Assembly (NCBI GenBank): GCA_043228905.1
Contig: JBHGNT010000217.1
Location: forward strand, 1-50,949
Direction of reading: 5' to 3'
Length of the DNA stretch: 50,949 bases
DNA from: Azolla caroliniana
Lineage: Eukaryota > Plantae > Polypodiophyta
This document shows positions 49,180-50,949 of the stretch, piece by piece (position 1 is the stretch's first letter; each line of letters begins with the position of its first letter). The notes below the pieces were generated by a model. The model did no database searches and was not told where the DNA came from. It worked only from the letters and a program-made list of their open reading frames with translations. Made by a program: the position numbers and the translations under genes.

Positions 49180-50949
49180 TCTGAAGAAAGGCGTTCTTGA
49201 CGTCCATCTGGTGGAGGTATCACCCTCTCGCCGCTGCAAGTGCAATCACGGTCCGCACAGTCGTCATCTTTGCCACCGGGGCAAAGGTCTCTACATAATC
49301 GACTCCATGTGTTTGTGCATAGCCCTTTGCCATGAGTCGAGCTTTGTAGCAGTTGACGGAACCATCGGCATTGTACTTCACTTTGTATATCCATCTGCAG
49401 CTGATTGCCTTCTTCTTGTGTGAGTGTGGGACAAGATCCCATGTCTCGTTCTTGCTGAGAGCTTGCATCTCCTCGTTCATCGCTTCGACCCATCGCGGAT
49501 CTTTAGCGGCTTCGGTAAAGCTCTCTGGTTCTCTAACTACTGCCACCTTCATCATAAAGGCATAGTGGTATGCCAAATAGTCATTGTAGCCGAATCAGCT
49601 AACTAGATTCTTCTCTCGGATGGAGTGACAGAGTTTCTCATTTGCCGATGTGAGTGCTTTCTCAACTCTGGGTGACCTAATAAGAGGCACATCAAAGCCA
49701 TCAAACTCACTATCGAGTGAAGGAGTCGATTCGTTGCCGTCAAAGTGATCGTCTTCATTCTGGCATTTTGGCCTTCCCTTTGTCCATCTTTGGACTTGGC
49801 CGAGATGTGCTTTGGTTGCACGGAGGCTCATGTGGTCCGCTCAATCTGGGTGAGATCGAACTCTCTTCGAGTATTGACCTTAGTTGATCATCGTCTTCTA
49901 TGTTGTCGAGGTCGTTCGTAGATGGTTCGGGAGGAGTTGGCTCGGGTTTGTACCATGATGTCGATTCGTCAAAGATGACATCCCGACTTACACGAGTCTT
50001 CCGAGTAGAGGGGTTGAAGCACTTGTACCCCTTTTGCTCCTATGAGTACCCCACGAAGATGCACCTCTCTGATTTTGGGTCAAGCTTCTACTGCTTCTCA
50101 TCGGGAATGTGCACGTATGCAATGGAGCCAAATATCCTTACATGGGATAGATCCGACTTCTTCCGATAATATTTCTCGTGCGGGCTGACCTCGTGCACTC
50201 CGGATGTTGTGCACCGGTTCATGAGGTAGACGACGGTATTTGTAGCTTCTGCCCAATATGACTTGGGCATATGCTTCTCATTTAGCATGGCCCTTGCTAC
50301 TTCGAGGATGTGCCGATTCTTGCGTTCGGCTACACCATTCTGTTGTGGTGTGTGTCGGCAAGTGAATTCTCGCCGAATTCCTTCTTGTCAAAGGTATGTC
50401 GTGAACGCATTGGAGAAGTATTCCTTTCCTTCATCAGACCAAAGACATCGTACATGACGCCCAGTTGTCTTTTCGACTTTGCTTTTGAATTTTTGGAAGT
50501 GTGTAAACACTTCACTCTTCATCCTCATGGGAAAGATCCATGTGTATCTAGAGAAGTTGTCGATGAAGGTAACATAGTACCAACATCCTCGGAACGTAGC
50601 CGTCTGTGCCGGTCCCCACACATTTGAGTGGACTACGTCCAATAGGCCTTTGCTCATGTTCTTCTCCTTCGGGAACGGGTGCCGATGTTGCTTGCTGAAT
50701 TGGCATGCTTCACATACTCCTTCAATCTCTTTCTCTTTGAAGGTCAGGAGCCCGATGACGACTCCTTTCGATTGCATCGCCTTGAGTTTGTTGAGATTGA
50801 TATGGCTGATTCTTTTATGCCATAGCTCTATGTCGGTGTCAGATTTGAGGCCCTTTGCGTACATGGCCGATTTCACCTCGTTTGACTCGAGGATAAACAT
50901 TCTACCTTCCCTTTGACCCCGAGCGATGAGTCAGCCTTCCTTCTCGATG
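49180..50949 (-). mobile_element. Decayed Copia of the A family (element I): integrase and RT N-terminus, runs off the window end
   Basis: DIELWHKRISHINLNKLKAM, NEKHMPKSYWAEATNTVVYLMNRC and KNETWDLVP...APVAKMTTVR are near-identical to A peptides. Truncated after QMDVKNAFLQ. Confidence 0.9.

Overview
Eukaryotic, land-plant genomic DNA. A large-genome non-seed plant such as a fern is plausible from the retroelement types, but that is inference. One intact host gene is present: a 7-exon PRONE-domain RopGEF on the minus strand (21978->18628, 610 aa if the ATG at 21978 is used). It lies between two nests of LTR retrotransposons. Left nest (1-15406): a Tork/Tnt1-like Copia (C) is cut by an unclassified LTR (D), D hosts a full-length Copia (A, TSD AATTC), and A hosts a chromodomain Gypsy (B, TSD GCTCC). 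Right nest (32640-50949): several decayed Copia/Gypsy pieces, a solo LTR, deletion junctions, and one apparently intact chromovirus (G, 37506-44520, TSD GCTCG, uninterrupted gag-pol). Most notable observations: (1) G has a 1.65-kb leader with four ~56-nt hairpins sharing an apical GAGGT-N4-ACCTC motif, further hairpins, a probable intron, and TG...TA termini. (2) B has no tRNA PBS but an 11-nt Tf1-type self-priming match, plus perfect heat-shock elements beside its TATA box. (3) An inverted repeat enclosing the PPT/LTR junction is conserved in diverged Copia copies. (4) A ~365-bp palindrome-rich tandem array lies at 26-27.4 kb. All alignments and folds were done by eye; no database search was run.
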